64,000 bases of DNA from Candidatus Sungiibacteriota bacterium (GTDB lineage: Bacteria > Patescibacteriota > Minisyncoccia > Sungbacterales > HO2-52-23): positions 283,107 to 347,106 of the forward strand of contig JACPBG010000001.1 of assembly GCA_016180435.1 (NCBI GenBank), read 5' to 3'. The notes below the pieces were generated by a model, which saw nothing but the letters and a program-made list of their open reading frames with translations, did no database searches and had not been told where the DNA came from. The translations under genes and the position numbers were made by a program. This document shows positions 34,190 to 43,262 of this stretch, piece after piece. How positions within the stretch are numbered: the first letter of the stretch is position 1; each line of letters starts with the position of its first letter.

Positions 34190-36268
34190 TTAACGGATAA
34201 GTTGCAAAAACTCTTTCTCATCAATAACTTTCACTCCCAATTTCTGGGCATGTTTCAATTTCGATCCCGGATCACTTCCTGCCACAACGTAGGAAGTTTT
34301 TTTACTTACGGTTTCCGAAATATCTCCGCCCCAAGCCCGAATGCGAGCTTTGGCTTCGTCCCGCGACATTGATTCAAGCCCGCCAGTTAAAACAAAGGTC
34401 ATGCCTTTCAGCTTATGGCTTGTAGTTGGTGGCTTGTAGGACTTGGGATTGACTCCGACTTTCAATAATTTTTTTATCAATTCCTTGTTCCGCGGCTCCT
34501 GAAACCACTCATAAATGCTTTGGGCAACCACCGGGCCTATATTCATAATTCCGTTCAATTTCTCAAACGATGCCCGCTCCAGCTTCTCCAGCGTACCAAA
34601 ATTTCCGGCCAAATCAATTGCGGTTTCTTCCCCTACATGTAAAATTCCCAGGGCATAGATAAAGCGCGGCAATTCTATTTCCTTTTTTTCCTGAATGGAG
34701 CGGATTAAATTTTCGGCGGATTTTTCGGCAAATCGTTCCAGCGGAGCAACATCCGATTCTTTCAATAAAAATAGATCCGCCGGGTCTTTAACCGGCCCCT
34801 CCTCAATCAGCCGATCCACGATCTTGGGACCAAGCCCCTGAATATCAAAAGCGTGCTTGGAAACAAAATGGTAAAATTTCTCATGCACCACGAGCTTGCA
34901 GCGCTCCGGATACAAAATTTTATGCGCCGATTCGCCCTCGCGCCGCACGACTTTCTGTCCGCAAAATATTCGAGGCATCCTGAACTCGCGGCTCCCTTTG
35001 GGACGCAAATTAGGAAAAACTTTCACAATATCCGGGATCACATCACCGGCTCTTTGCACGATCACAGTATCTCCGGACCTTACATCCAGACGCTTTATTT
35101 CGTCCATATTATGGAGCGTGGCGCGCGAAACCATAACTCCTCCGACATCAACCGGCTTTAACACGGCAACCGGCGTCAAAACTCCGGTCCGGCCAATTTG
35201 CACAATAATATCTTCAACCACGGTTGTGGCTTCTTTTCCGGGAAATTTCAAAGCAACTGCGCCGCGCGGCGCTTTGCCCACTACGCCCAGCCGCTCAAAA
35301 ATATCACCGCTATTTACCTGCGCCACTACGCCATCAATCAAAAACGGGAGTTTTTCGCGCTTATCTCCCACTTCCCGAAAAAATTTCATGACTTCTCCCA
35401 AATCATCGCATCTCCGCACCAAATCCATGGTTTTGAATCCGAAAAGCTTGGCAATCAGATGTTCTTCCTCGTGGGTTTTTTGCCCCAAATCCGTAACCAG
35501 ATCATACGCGAAAAAATCCAAACGGCGCGAAGCCGCAACCTTGGGATCGAGCTGGCGCATTGAGCCCGCGGCAATATTGCGCGGATTGGCAAAAACCGGC
35601 AAACCCTTTTTTTCTTGTTCTTTATTCACGGCTTCAAACGATTTTTTGGTCATATATACCTCGCCCCGCACTTCAATAATCCCGGGAATTTTTGAGACAG
35701 CCTCGCGAACCCGTGGAAATTTCTTGAAAATTTCGCGCACTTCTTTTTCTTTGGAAAATTCCTTCGGATCGTGCAAACGCAAAGGAATGGATTCGATTGT
35801 CTTTAAATTTTCCGTCACATCTTCACCTATTTTCCCATCACCCCGGGTTGATCCGGTTTTAAAAATTCCGTTCTCGTAAATTAACGATATGGCAAATCCA
35901 TCAACTTTCAGTTCGGCAAAGTAATCTAAGCTGGTAGCTGGTAACTGGTAGCTGGTAACTAACTTTTTGATTCTTTCTTCCCAGTCCCTTAGCTCCTCTT
36001 CCGTAAAAACGTCATTCAAAGAAAGCATGGGTGAGCCATGCTTTATTTTCTTGAAACCCGGAAGCGGACGCCCACCTACGCGCTGGGTGGGAGAATCGGC
36101 GGTTTTAAACTCGGGAAATCTCTCTTCAATTTTCGCAAGCTCGTGCTTTAACGAATCATTGGCCGCATCCGAAATCTCCTGCCGATCTAAAACGTGATAA
36201 AGATAGCGGTGATAATTGATCTCCTTCCTTAATTTTTCAATTCTTTCTTTAGCTTCTTGTTTATTCAT
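34190..36268 (-). CDS. ligA: NAD-dependent DNA ligase
   Basis: KxDG adenylation motif (AELKVDG), OB fold, Zn finger, HhH and a C-terminal BRCT domain (MTFVLTGGLESMSRDEAK). It contains two in-frame repeat insertions. Confidence 0.9.
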   Translation of the reverse strand: MNKQEAKERIEKLRKEINYHRYLYHVLDRQEISDAANDSLKHELAKIEERFPEFKTADSPTQRVGGRPLPGFKKIKHGSPMLSLNDVFTEEELRDWEERIKKLVTSYQLPATSLDYFAELKVDGFAISLIYENGIFKTGSTRGDGKIGEDVTENLKTIESIPLRLHDPKEFSKEKEVREIFKKFPRVREAVSKIPGIIEVRGEVYMTKKSFEAVNKEQEKKGLPVFANPRNIAAGSMRQLDPKVAASRRLDFFAYDLVTDLGQKTHEEEHLIAKLFGFKTMDLVRRCDDLGEVMKFFREVGDKREKLPFLIDGVVAQVNSGDIFERLGVVGKAPRGAVALKFPGKEATTVVEDIIVQIGRTGVLTPVAVLKPVDVGGVMVSRATLHNMDEIKRLDVRSGDTVIVQRAGDVIPDIVKVFPNLRPKGSREFRMPRIFCGQKVVRREGESAHKILYPERCKLVVHEKFYHFVSKHAFDIQGLGPKIVDRLIEEGPVKDPADLFLLKESDVAPLERFAEKSAENLIRSIQEKKEIELPRFIYALGILHVGEETAIDLAGNFGTLEKLERASFEKLNGIMNIGPVVAQSIYEWFQEPRNKELIKKLLKVGVNPKSYKPPTTSHKLKGMTFVLTGGLESMSRDEAKARIRAWGGDISETVSKKTSYVVAGSDPGSKLKHAQKLGVKVIDEKEFLQLIR
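35930..35963. repeat. in-frame CTGGTARCTGGTAAC-type repeat inside ligA (encodes VTSYQLPATS)
   Basis: GCTGGTAGCTGGTAACTGGTAGCTGGTAACTAAC. Related copies lie at 32149-32180 (gatA, TSYQLSATS), 15361-15389 and 16311-16340 (double GT4), 13578-13607 (GT4) and 34416-34440 (ligA). Confidence 0.6.
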
Positions 36269-36440
36269 ATCAATATGATGCCAATCTACAAATCTTATGC
36301 TAATCTACAAATTGCAAATAATTATTCTTCGAGTTAAATCGAGAAGATACCATCATAATGTATATTCTCGACAGGCTCGAATAATAACGATTCGCAATTC
36401 GCCAAATTGGCATTAAATTCGCATCGGATTGGCATCACGC
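36269..36440. repeat. GATGCCAAT-family palindromic element (long copy) abutting the ligA start
   Basis: Left arm TGATGCCAATCTACAAATCTTATGCTAATCTACAAATTGC… and right arm …GCAATTCGCCAAATTGGCATTAAATTCGCATCGGATTGGCATCA. Confidence 0.65.
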
Positions 36441-36845
36441 TTAATATGTGACCCTAAACGCCCTCCTCACCGAGCGAGTTCCCACATTACATCTATATTC
36501 GGCAGTCACCTGAATTTGCGTCAAAACGCCTACTTTAGTAACTCCCATGTCATAACATGCTCCGGATAATAATGGATAATCATTTTCCGTAGAACCGTTA
36601 GGCAGAGGGCCTATAACGCGATCGCGATAAAGCGTACGCTCGACCCCGTGGTCCGAACCGTTTATGGCATGAAAAGAATCCTCCATGGCGCCGGTAATTA
36701 AAAGCTCCCCATAAAGCACGTTAAATACTCCGATTCCGATAGAAAGTATGGCGGTAAGCAAAAAAACAGTTAATAATAGTGCGATTCCTTGGCGTTGCTG
36801 TAATTTCCAAATTCCAAATTTCATAAATTTCCAAACAATTTCCAA
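36441..36845 (-). CDS. pilin-like small membrane protein (no canonical class III signal)
   Basis: N-terminal hydrophobic helix after QRQG. Located at the head of the pilin gene run. Confidence 0.3.
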   Translation of the reverse strand: MEIVWKFMKFGIWKLQQRQGIALLLTVFLLTAILSIGIGVFNVLYGELLITGAMEDSFHAINGSDHGVERTLYRDRVIGPLPNGSTENDYPLLSGACYDMGVTKVGVLTQIQVTAEYRCNVGTRSVRRAFRVTY

Positions 36846-36883
36846 ATCTCAAACCAGTTGAACTTGGAAATTGAAAATTTCAT

Positions 36884-37648
36884 CTAAAAGTCCCTCAACC
36901 TTTGGGTCATAGTGGTTTGAATGTCAAGCATTGACTGCAGTTTGGTTTTCACGCCCCTGGAGCGCGCCCGAAGCGTGATTCGCACCCAGGGCTGGCCGTC
37001 ATCCGCGCCCGAGGCCTGTCCGAACAGATCAAATCGCAAACGTTCGATCGTAACATTATCCGTATCGGTAAAGGGGGCCGCATCCGAACAATTGAACGAG
37101 GCTTGAGTCACTCGCATAATAGTATCCGGAGCGCCGTTGTTATCGGTGTCATACAAAAAATAGGTTCGCGGCTGGGGAAATCCTTTATTCCAGTGGGTAA
37201 AACTAAACTCGGAATCCAAAGGAACCCGCGATGCGCCGCAAGCTGTTCTACCTTTGGTCGTTTTCTGATATGCGGCTCCGGTTCGGATCTCACGCGAAAA
37301 AAGCTCAAAGGTAAAACGGATGTTATCCTGCATAAGAAGCAGTGTCCCGACTTTTTCTCTGGCGTTTTGCGCCGCGATCATAACGCCGGTGGCCATCATT
37401 ACGGTAACGGAGAAAATGGAAAGAGAAACCAGCATCTCCAGAAGGGTGAAACCCCTCTTAAATGCAAAATGCAAAATGCAAAAATCAAAATTAAAGTATC
37501 GCTTCGCGACGTATTTTATATAAGCTAATTTTGAATTTTGAATTTTCATTTTGACTTTTGATGTTTTAAAACCAGTCCCCAAAAGTGATGCGGGCTCGGT
37601 TATTTTAATTTCAGACAATGGGAGGCAGGATTTGCTCGGACCGAGCAC
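36884..37648 (-). CDS. type IV pilin-like protein (minor pilin/pseudopilin)
   Basis: Prepilin class III signal KRG|FTLLEMLVSLSIFSVTV. Confidence 0.65.
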   Translation of the reverse strand: MLGPSKSCLPLSEIKITEPASLLGTGFKTSKVKMKIQNSKLAYIKYVAKRYFNFDFCILHFAFKRGFTLLEMLVSLSIFSVTVMMATGVMIAAQNAREKVGTLLLMQDNIRFTFELFSREIRTGAAYQKTTKGRTACGASRVPLDSEFSFTHWNKGFPQPRTYFLYDTDNNGAPDTIMRVTQASFNCSDAAPFTDTDNVTIERLRFDLFGQASGADDGQPWVRITLRARSRGVKTKLQSMLDIQTTMTQRLRDF

Positions 37649-37747
37649 TCAAAGCATTGAGTGCTCGGAAATCGTGCCGACCCTTAGTGAGGCCGCCGCA
37701 GGAGCGGCCGAATCGTGTCTGAAATTAAAATAACCGAGAAAACCGCA

Positions 37748-38449
37748 TCAACGCCAATTATACAATCTCTGCTCCAGCCGGGTTGATTTTAATAGGCCGC
37801 TTTCCATCCAGGCCACAATCGAAATTATGTCAATTTGAGCGGCCGAAGGAATACCCCCATCCGGAGTGCCGCCGCATACCGGCTTACCATCCAATCCCAA
37901 TGGCCCGCCCCCGTTCACCGGATTACAGACATAAACACAGCGCCGGAAAGGAGTGCGAGTGCCTGCGCCATAGGTATAAATACTGCTGGAATTAATATTC
38001 AGATATGTGGCATTGCAACTCCCGCCCAGCCGCGGCATGGCAAGAGTTATTGTTAAACCGCTAACCGGGTCCGTACAAGCAACCGAGGCAGTCATATCCT
38101 CCGTGTCAACAGTATACCCCTGGACGCTGTTTAATTTGGCGCCGCCCTGTTTACATTCCGGATTTCCGCTGGTACGGGGCTCCCGATCCCACGCGCAAAC
38201 ATCCTGCGGCTCATCCGCCCCGTTCAAAAAATCACAGAGCACGTTGTTTTCGCGTATAAGCCGCATCATTTCAATGCCTTCTTGCGCCAAATTAACCGCA
38301 ATCAGGTCCTGTTTCAGACGGGATGCGTTAAATACGCTCTTGGTGGTAAGGGAAAGCGCACTCACAATCCCTCCGGCAATAAGAGCAATCGCGACCAAGG
38401 CCTCAATCAAGGTGAATCCTTCCTTTTTGATGAATAGGTTTTTATTCAT
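37748..38449 (-). CDS. type IV pilin-like protein (minor pilin/pseudopilin)
   Basis: MNKNLFIKKEG|FTLIEALVAIALIAGGIV. Confidence 0.7.
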   Translation of the reverse strand: MNKNLFIKKEGFTLIEALVAIALIAGGIVSALSLTTKSVFNASRLKQDLIAVNLAQEGIEMMRLIRENNVLCDFLNGADEPQDVCAWDREPRTSGNPECKQGGAKLNSVQGYTVDTEDMTASVACTDPVSGLTITLAMPRLGGSCNATYLNINSSSIYTYGAGTRTPFRRCVYVCNPVNGGGPLGLDGKPVCGGTPDGGIPSAAQIDIISIVAWMESGLLKSTRLEQRLYNWR

Positions 38450-38469
38450 ATTACATGGGGTTTTACAAA

Positions 38470-38550
38470 ATATTGGTTTCAGAACTTAGAACTTAGAACT
38501 TAGAAAACTATCTGCTAAGTTCTAAAATCTAAGTTCTTTTGTGCTTTTAG
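38470..38550. repeat. AGAACTTAG hairpin element between pseudopilin genes
   Basis: AGAACTTAG x3, a loop, then CTAAGTTCT x2. Confidence 0.6.
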
Positions 38551-39221
38551 CGGAGCGTAACTTGCCCGCTGGTTCTCACCCTTAGGCGTGAGGTCATATT
38601 TCCGGAACGGTTAGAAAGAGTGATTTCAATCCATTCGCCAAGATTACCCCCGCTTCCGTTGGCGATTCTGACATCCGCCTCGGGGCTGGCGAATGAAAGA
38701 TAAACAGTGCCGCTGGAGGGATTAAATGCGTTAACTTTAATGCCTTTTTCCATAATTCGGTCTGATCCTATTTTTGTATCAGCCCCGTCAAATATCCGAT
38801 TGTTATTGGAATCGGCAAAAAGGAAATATGTGCTGCTGTTTTGCTGCAGCCGCACGCCGTACGCCGGAGCAGTAACTCCGCCGCTTAAAAGCCGTACGGC
38901 CAGCGCCATATTTTGCGCCTCGCGAAGTGCCAAGGCCACCTGATATCTTTCCCGGCGAAGCGCCAGGGCATCGCTTACGCCGCTAAAACTTATTAGGGTG
39001 ACTGAAGAAAGCATGGTGATGATGCCTAAAACCACCACGGCCTCCATAAGCGTAAACCCCGCACTAAATTTCGGCTGCGGCTTGCGTTTCCATCCAAAAT
39101 TATGAGAATTTACGAACCGCCACGAAGCCCTATCACGCCAGCTTAATCTGGGCCGCGACAGAAACGGCCGAAATTTTAGTGACGGGGTAAACCCCCGCGT
39201 CTTTTCTTGCATCAAATTCAT
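38547..39221 (-). CDS. type IV pilin-like protein (minor pilin/pseudopilin)
   Basis: …FSAG|FTLMEAVVVLGIITMLSSV. The true start is probably internal. Confidence 0.65.
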   Translation of the reverse strand: MNLMQEKTRGFTPSLKFRPFLSRPRLSWRDRASWRFVNSHNFGWKRKPQPKFSAGFTLMEAVVVLGIITMLSSVTLISFSGVSDALALRRERYQVALALREAQNMALAVRLLSGGVTAPAYGVRLQQNSSTYFLFADSNNNRIFDGADTKIGSDRIMEKGIKVNAFNPSSGTVYLSFASPEADVRIANGSGGNLGEWIEITLSNRSGNMTSRLRVRTSGQVTLR

Positions 39222-39319
39222 ACCTAAATTATACCAATTAGCGGCAAATCAAAAAAGCCCCGTCGGGGAACAGTATAAACTCACAAAACACAAGAGCCAT
39301 GTCTCTGATTTCGTGCGTT

Positions 39320-39772
39320 TTATTCATATTTAAGCACATACCTGTCTCCCGCCTCTACCACAAGCGCATCCGCCGGAGCATTCTGTTCCCGGCCATTTAG
39401 ATAAATTTTCCATGATCCGCCTCTATCATAAATCCCCGCAAGTTCCGCAATATCGCCGTTTCGCAGAGTTAAAGAAAATTTACCGTTGTTTGCCGCGGAA
39501 TTCAGCGCCTCGGAAAGCGTATACTGATATCCGTTTACGTCGCCTTGAAAATAGCGTTTTTTGCCGTTGCCGAAATCAACTTCAACCAAAGCATATTTAT
39601 TCCCGGCATCGGACCGGCTCTGCAATAAAATTTCCAAATCGCGATCAAGTTCGCGCTCATAGCGATTTTCCGCCCAAAGTATCAAAAAGGCCGCTGCCAA
39701 GGCCGCGATTCCAATGATAAACCAGTGATTTAAATTTACATTTTGCGGTTTTTTATGCATAAAACACACCAA
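39320..39772 (-). CDS. membrane-anchored hypothetical protein
   Basis: One N-terminal TM helix and no motif. It lies inside the pilus locus. Confidence 0.35.
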   Translation of the reverse strand: MVCFMHKKPQNVNLNHWFIIGIAALAAAFLILWAENRYERELDRDLEILLQSRSDAGNKYALVEVDFGNGKKRYFQGDVNGYQYTLSEALNSAANNGKFSLTLRNGDIAELAGIYDRGGSWKIYLNGREQNAPADALVVEAGDRYVLKYE

Positions 39773-39858
39773 TCCACGAATTGATACACTAATCCACGAA
39801 TCACGACTACTTATCCCATTTGTGGATTTGTGTGCTCATTAGTGGATTTGTGTACAAA
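39770..39858. repeat. CACACTAATCCACGAAT-family element
   Basis: See 29895-29990. Confidence 0.6.
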
Positions 39859-39860
39859 AC

Positions 39861-40661
39861 TTATCCCATACTCATTCCAATATACCACAACGCTGTCTCG
39901 CTGTAAAAATACGCTGCCGCGCTTCCCGCCAATATGAATGGTCCAAATGGGATTTGGGTTTTTAAATTAACCACGCGCAGGGCAAGCAAAATAACGCCGA
40001 ATGCCGCGCCGATCCAGAAAGAAAAAAGGACGGCCGGAATGGATGCCGGAAATCCCAAAAGGAAAGATGTCGCCAAAACCAATTTTACGTCCCCAAAACC
40101 CATCCACGCGCCGCGGGACAAAAACCAAAGCGCAAAGAAGAAAAAAGCTAGACCCAAAGCCGCCCCAACATCATATCCTATATCTACGAGGCTTAGCCTC
40201 GTAGATTCTCGGATCAGAGAAACAACTAAAAGAGTTACCACGGCGCCGTTGGGGATTATTTTCCAGCGAATGTCGCTAACCAAAATGACAATAGAGGCGG
40301 ATGGAATAACAAAAGCAAACATCAATTCAAAAGCTAAGCGCGGACTTAGCCATAAAGGTATCCCCTCGACTCCGCTCGGGGAATAATAAATGGCGATCAA
40401 GGCAAAAAGTAATCCGGTTGCAAATTCCACCAATGGATACTGCCATGACAATTTCGCGCCGCAGGAACGGCACCGTGCTTTTTGTATGAAAAAACTAGCC
40501 AAAGGAATCAATTCAAACCATTGCAAAGTTTTTCCGCACGACTCACAGCGTGAACGTCCCTTAACGAACGACTCGCCCCGCGCGCCACGTAAAATCACGA
40601 CATTCAAAAAACTGCCTACGCCCAAGCCGAAGAGAAAAGAAAAGATATAATATAAAACCAT
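39861..40661 (-). CDS. pilD: prepilin peptidase (A24 family)
   Basis: N-terminal Cys pairs CESCGKTLQWFELIPLASFF…CRSCGAKLS. Polytopic, with the GFGDVKL region. Confidence 0.8.
   Translation of the reverse strand: MVLYYIFSFLFGLGVGSFLNVVILRGARGESFVKGRSRCESCGKTLQWFELIPLASFFIQKARCRSCGAKLSWQYPLVEFATGLLFALIAIYYSPSGVEGIPLWLSPRLAFELMFAFVIPSASIVILVSDIRWKIIPNGAVVTLLVVSLIRESTRLSLVDIGYDVGAALGLAFFFFALWFLSRGAWMGFGDVKLVLATSFLLGFPASIPAVLFSFWIGAAFGVILLALRVVNLKTQIPFGPFILAGSAAAYFYSETALWYIGMSMG
40183..40205. repeat. variant palindrome TCTACGAGGCTTAGCCTCGTAGA inside pilD (in frame, encodes STRLSLVD)
   Basis: Same core GAGGCTTAGCCTC with compensated arms. Confidence 0.55.
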
Positions 40662-40879
40662 AAAAAAAATCAGGCCCTGCTCAAATTATACGATGCATAA
40701 CCAATAATGCAACGCGGAACTATGCGGATATACGATATGCTCACTTTTTCCGCTCAAGCGGAAAAAGTGAGCATATCAAAAACGCCATCAAAAAACCTAT
40801 AAAACAAACTTGGACTTCCCAACTGAGAAATCCAAGTTTAAAAATCTACCCCTTTAAATCTTCCGGCCAATCTCAAACT

Positions 40880-41377
40880 TTATGGCTGAACATCATAAAC
40901 ATCTGCGGCAGTACCATCAAACTGTCCTGAAGAAAACGAAACGCCCCCCGAACATCCGGCTCCGCTTGATGAGTTACAGTCCTTATCGCTTGCCATCAAC
41001 TGAACGTTATTGGCGGCATCTTCAATTCTTGTTCCAAGATGATAAGTGGTTCTTGAACCAGCTGCCGGAACCGCATAACAATAGTTAGGCCTACAAGTGC
41101 CGGAAGATCCTGACCCAAGAGGATCAATAGGAATACTTGGGATATAGTTACCGGTGACAAGATCAGTCAAAGCACCTGCATATTGCCCGGCTCCGGCGCC
41201 GTCAAAATAAAGCTCCGACGCCAACTGCAATTGTTTTATGTCGGTGATACGCCGCGCGTTACGCGATTTTAGACGGGCATTGTTAAGAGAGGCAAGCACA
41301 ATAGATGCCAATACTCCGATAATGGCGATAACTACCAGTAACTCAATAAGGGTAAAACCCTTTTTATTTTTAAACAT
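40880..41377 (-). CDS. type IV major pilin
   Basis: MFKNKKG|FTLIELLVVIAIIGVLASIV, a class III signal with Glu at +5. 165 aa with C-terminal Cys residues. Confidence 0.8.
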   Translation of the reverse strand: MFKNKKGFTLIELLVVIAIIGVLASIVLASLNNARLKSRNARRITDIKQLQLASELYFDGAGAGQYAGALTDLVTGNYIPSIPIDPLGSGSSGTCRPNYCYAVPAAGSRTTYHLGTRIEDAANNVQLMASDKDCNSSSGAGCSGGVSFSSGQFDGTAADVYDVQP

Positions 41378-41649
41378 AGGTTTTATTAGATAATTAACTC
41401 TGAATTTGTTGAAGTAATACCATGATGGTATGCCTTCGACAAAACTCAGGCAATAAATTCATATATTTCCTGAATGAAGTTGAAGGATTACCTTAATAAC
41501 TATCCTTGACTTAGCTCGGGAAATAATATTTTAGATTAAATAATAACGCTTTTGACCTTTGATTTTTAAGTGATAATAAAAGAATTTCGACCTTTATTCA
41601 TTATATGCGCTTATAAATGCGAATAAAAATGGGGATTATCCACAGGGGC

Positions 41650-41765
41650 GCGAGCTTCGCCCGAGAACTTAGCATTAAGAACTTAGAACTTAGACAAGCA
41701 CCTAGAACCTAGAACTTAGAAAATTAAACTATTTACTAAGTTCTAAACTCTAAGATCTAAATTCT
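41650..41765. repeat. AGAACTTAG hairpin element between the major pilin gene and pilC
   Basis: Shares the loop AGAAAATTAAACTATTTACTA with the copy at 28362-28382, in opposite orientation. Confidence 0.6.
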
Positions 41766-41777
41766 TTTGCGCTTTTA

Positions 41778-42995
41778 TTAGAGCGCCCCGACCAAATTAT
41801 ATAGCGGCACGAAAATGGCCAGCATAAGAAACGCCACCATAAGCCCCAAAACAAGGATCATGATCGGCTCAATCAAAGTAACCAGGTTATCCAGCATAGA
41901 ATCCACTTCTTTGCGGAAAAAACGCGATAAAGTCGCCAAAATAAAATCCAGGCGGCCGGTCAACTCTCCCACCTTGATCATCTGCACGACCATCACCGGA
42001 ATTTCCGGAACCCGTTCAAAAGCTGAAGAAATCGTATTACCGCCTTTGACCGAGACAATAGCATCCTGCAGGGCTTTTTTATAAATCACGTTTCCCACCA
42101 CCTCGGAGGTGATTTCAAGCGCCCGCAAAATCGGGATGCCCGCCACAATCAGGGTTTGAAGATTGTCCGCAACCCGCGCCATGTAAAGCTTCTGGAAAAG
42201 TTCGCCAAAAAGAGGCAAATGCACCTCCAGACGGTTTAAAAATACCTTTCCCTCCGCGGTTTCGGCCCAGCGCCATAAAAGAAAAATTGAGACAATTATC
42301 ACAATAATTACGGCAATTCCCCAGTCGCGCAGGAAAAACGATACGGCAAATATCATTTCCGTATAAAAAGGCAGGGGCTGATTGGTTTCTTTAAAAATAC
42401 TCGCCAGATCAGGGATAACAACCACGGTCATTACCGCCATAACCGCAACCATGGCAATCAGCACCACCAAAGGATACATAAGGGCATTACGCGCCTTGGA
42501 TGTTAAATAATAATTTCGCTCAATGTAATCGGCAAGGTAGGTAAATGTATCCTGCAATTTCCCGGCCTCCTCCGCGGCCCGCACCAAATTGATATAGAAG
42601 CTTGAAAAAATATTCGTATGCCGCGATAATGCCTGCGATAACGCCAGCCCGCCGGTAACATCCTTTAAAATTTCGGTAACAGCGCCGCGCAGTGAGGGCC
42701 GGAAAGATGTTTCGGCGGACAAGGTCTTCAGAGCGTCAAGTATGGGGACTTGCGCCTCGAAAAGAGTGGAGAGCTGGCGGGAAAAAACCATGACCTCCTT
42801 TTGCGGAACTTTGCCGCGAAAAAACGGGATTCTTGAACTAACTCCCCGGCCGGCAGTTTTTTGTTCCTTGATTTCCACCACCACCAAATTTCCCTGATGC
42901 AATCTTTCAACAGCCGCGTCTTTAGAGGAAACCTCAATAATGCCGGAGCGCAATTCTCCTTCTTTGGTGCGAGCTTTATATTCAAAAATAGGCAT
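41778..42995 (-). CDS. pilC: type IV pilus platform protein PilC/GspF family
   Basis: 405 aa with two GspF repeats and three TM segments. Confidence 0.8.
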   Translation of the reverse strand: MPIFEYKARTKEGELRSGIIEVSSKDAAVERLHQGNLVVVEIKEQKTAGRGVSSRIPFFRGKVPQKEVMVFSRQLSTLFEAQVPILDALKTLSAETSFRPSLRGAVTEILKDVTGGLALSQALSRHTNIFSSFYINLVRAAEEAGKLQDTFTYLADYIERNYYLTSKARNALMYPLVVLIAMVAVMAVMTVVVIPDLASIFKETNQPLPFYTEMIFAVSFFLRDWGIAVIIVIIVSIFLLWRWAETAEGKVFLNRLEVHLPLFGELFQKLYMARVADNLQTLIVAGIPILRALEITSEVVGNVIYKKALQDAIVSVKGGNTISSAFERVPEIPVMVVQMIKVGELTGRLDFILATLSRFFRKEVDSMLDNLVTLIEPIMILVLGLMVAFLMLAIFVPLYNLVGAL

Positions 42996-43002
42996 TCGTT
43001 AT

Positions 43003-43108
43003 AGCGGTTTCAACCATATTATTTTAGACACGCCTCGCTCGCTCCGGCGGCTCGCTCGCTAAGGGTCGGACGAAACTTTTCCGCCAAAGCGGAAAACCAA
43101 GCAGTTTC
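43003..43108 (-). ncRNA. structured element copy A (conserved flanks + covarying hairpin) upstream of pilC
   Basis: Minus-strand reading is UUUUAGACAAUGGGAGG, then the hairpin GGACGAAACU…AGUUUCGUCC, then GACCCUUAGCGAGCGAGCCGCCGGAGCGAGCGAGGCGUGUCUAAAA. Confidence 0.4.
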
Positions 43109-43199
43109 GTCCTCCCATTGTCTAAAATCATATGGTTAAAACCGCATGTATACTCACTTTATAGCTTTCTCAAGGTATCCGCCTCTGGCGGAATAAAAT

Positions 43200-43262
43200 T
43201 AAACGCAGAGTATTAGCAATTTGTAAATTGGCATTAAATTCGCATCGGATTGGCATCACATC
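43200..43262. repeat. GATGCCAAT-family half element downstream of pilT
   Basis: GCATTAAATTCGCATCGGATTGGCATCA. Confidence 0.5.

Noticed and set aside
34896-35879. 327-aa plus-strand ORF inside ligA, and similar antisense ORFs inside rny (53155-53835) and the giant gene (25342-27309)
   Set aside because: Sense strands carry unambiguous ligase, RNase Y and surface-protein motifs. The antisense products are low-complexity (S/T/P/R-rich) without motifs.
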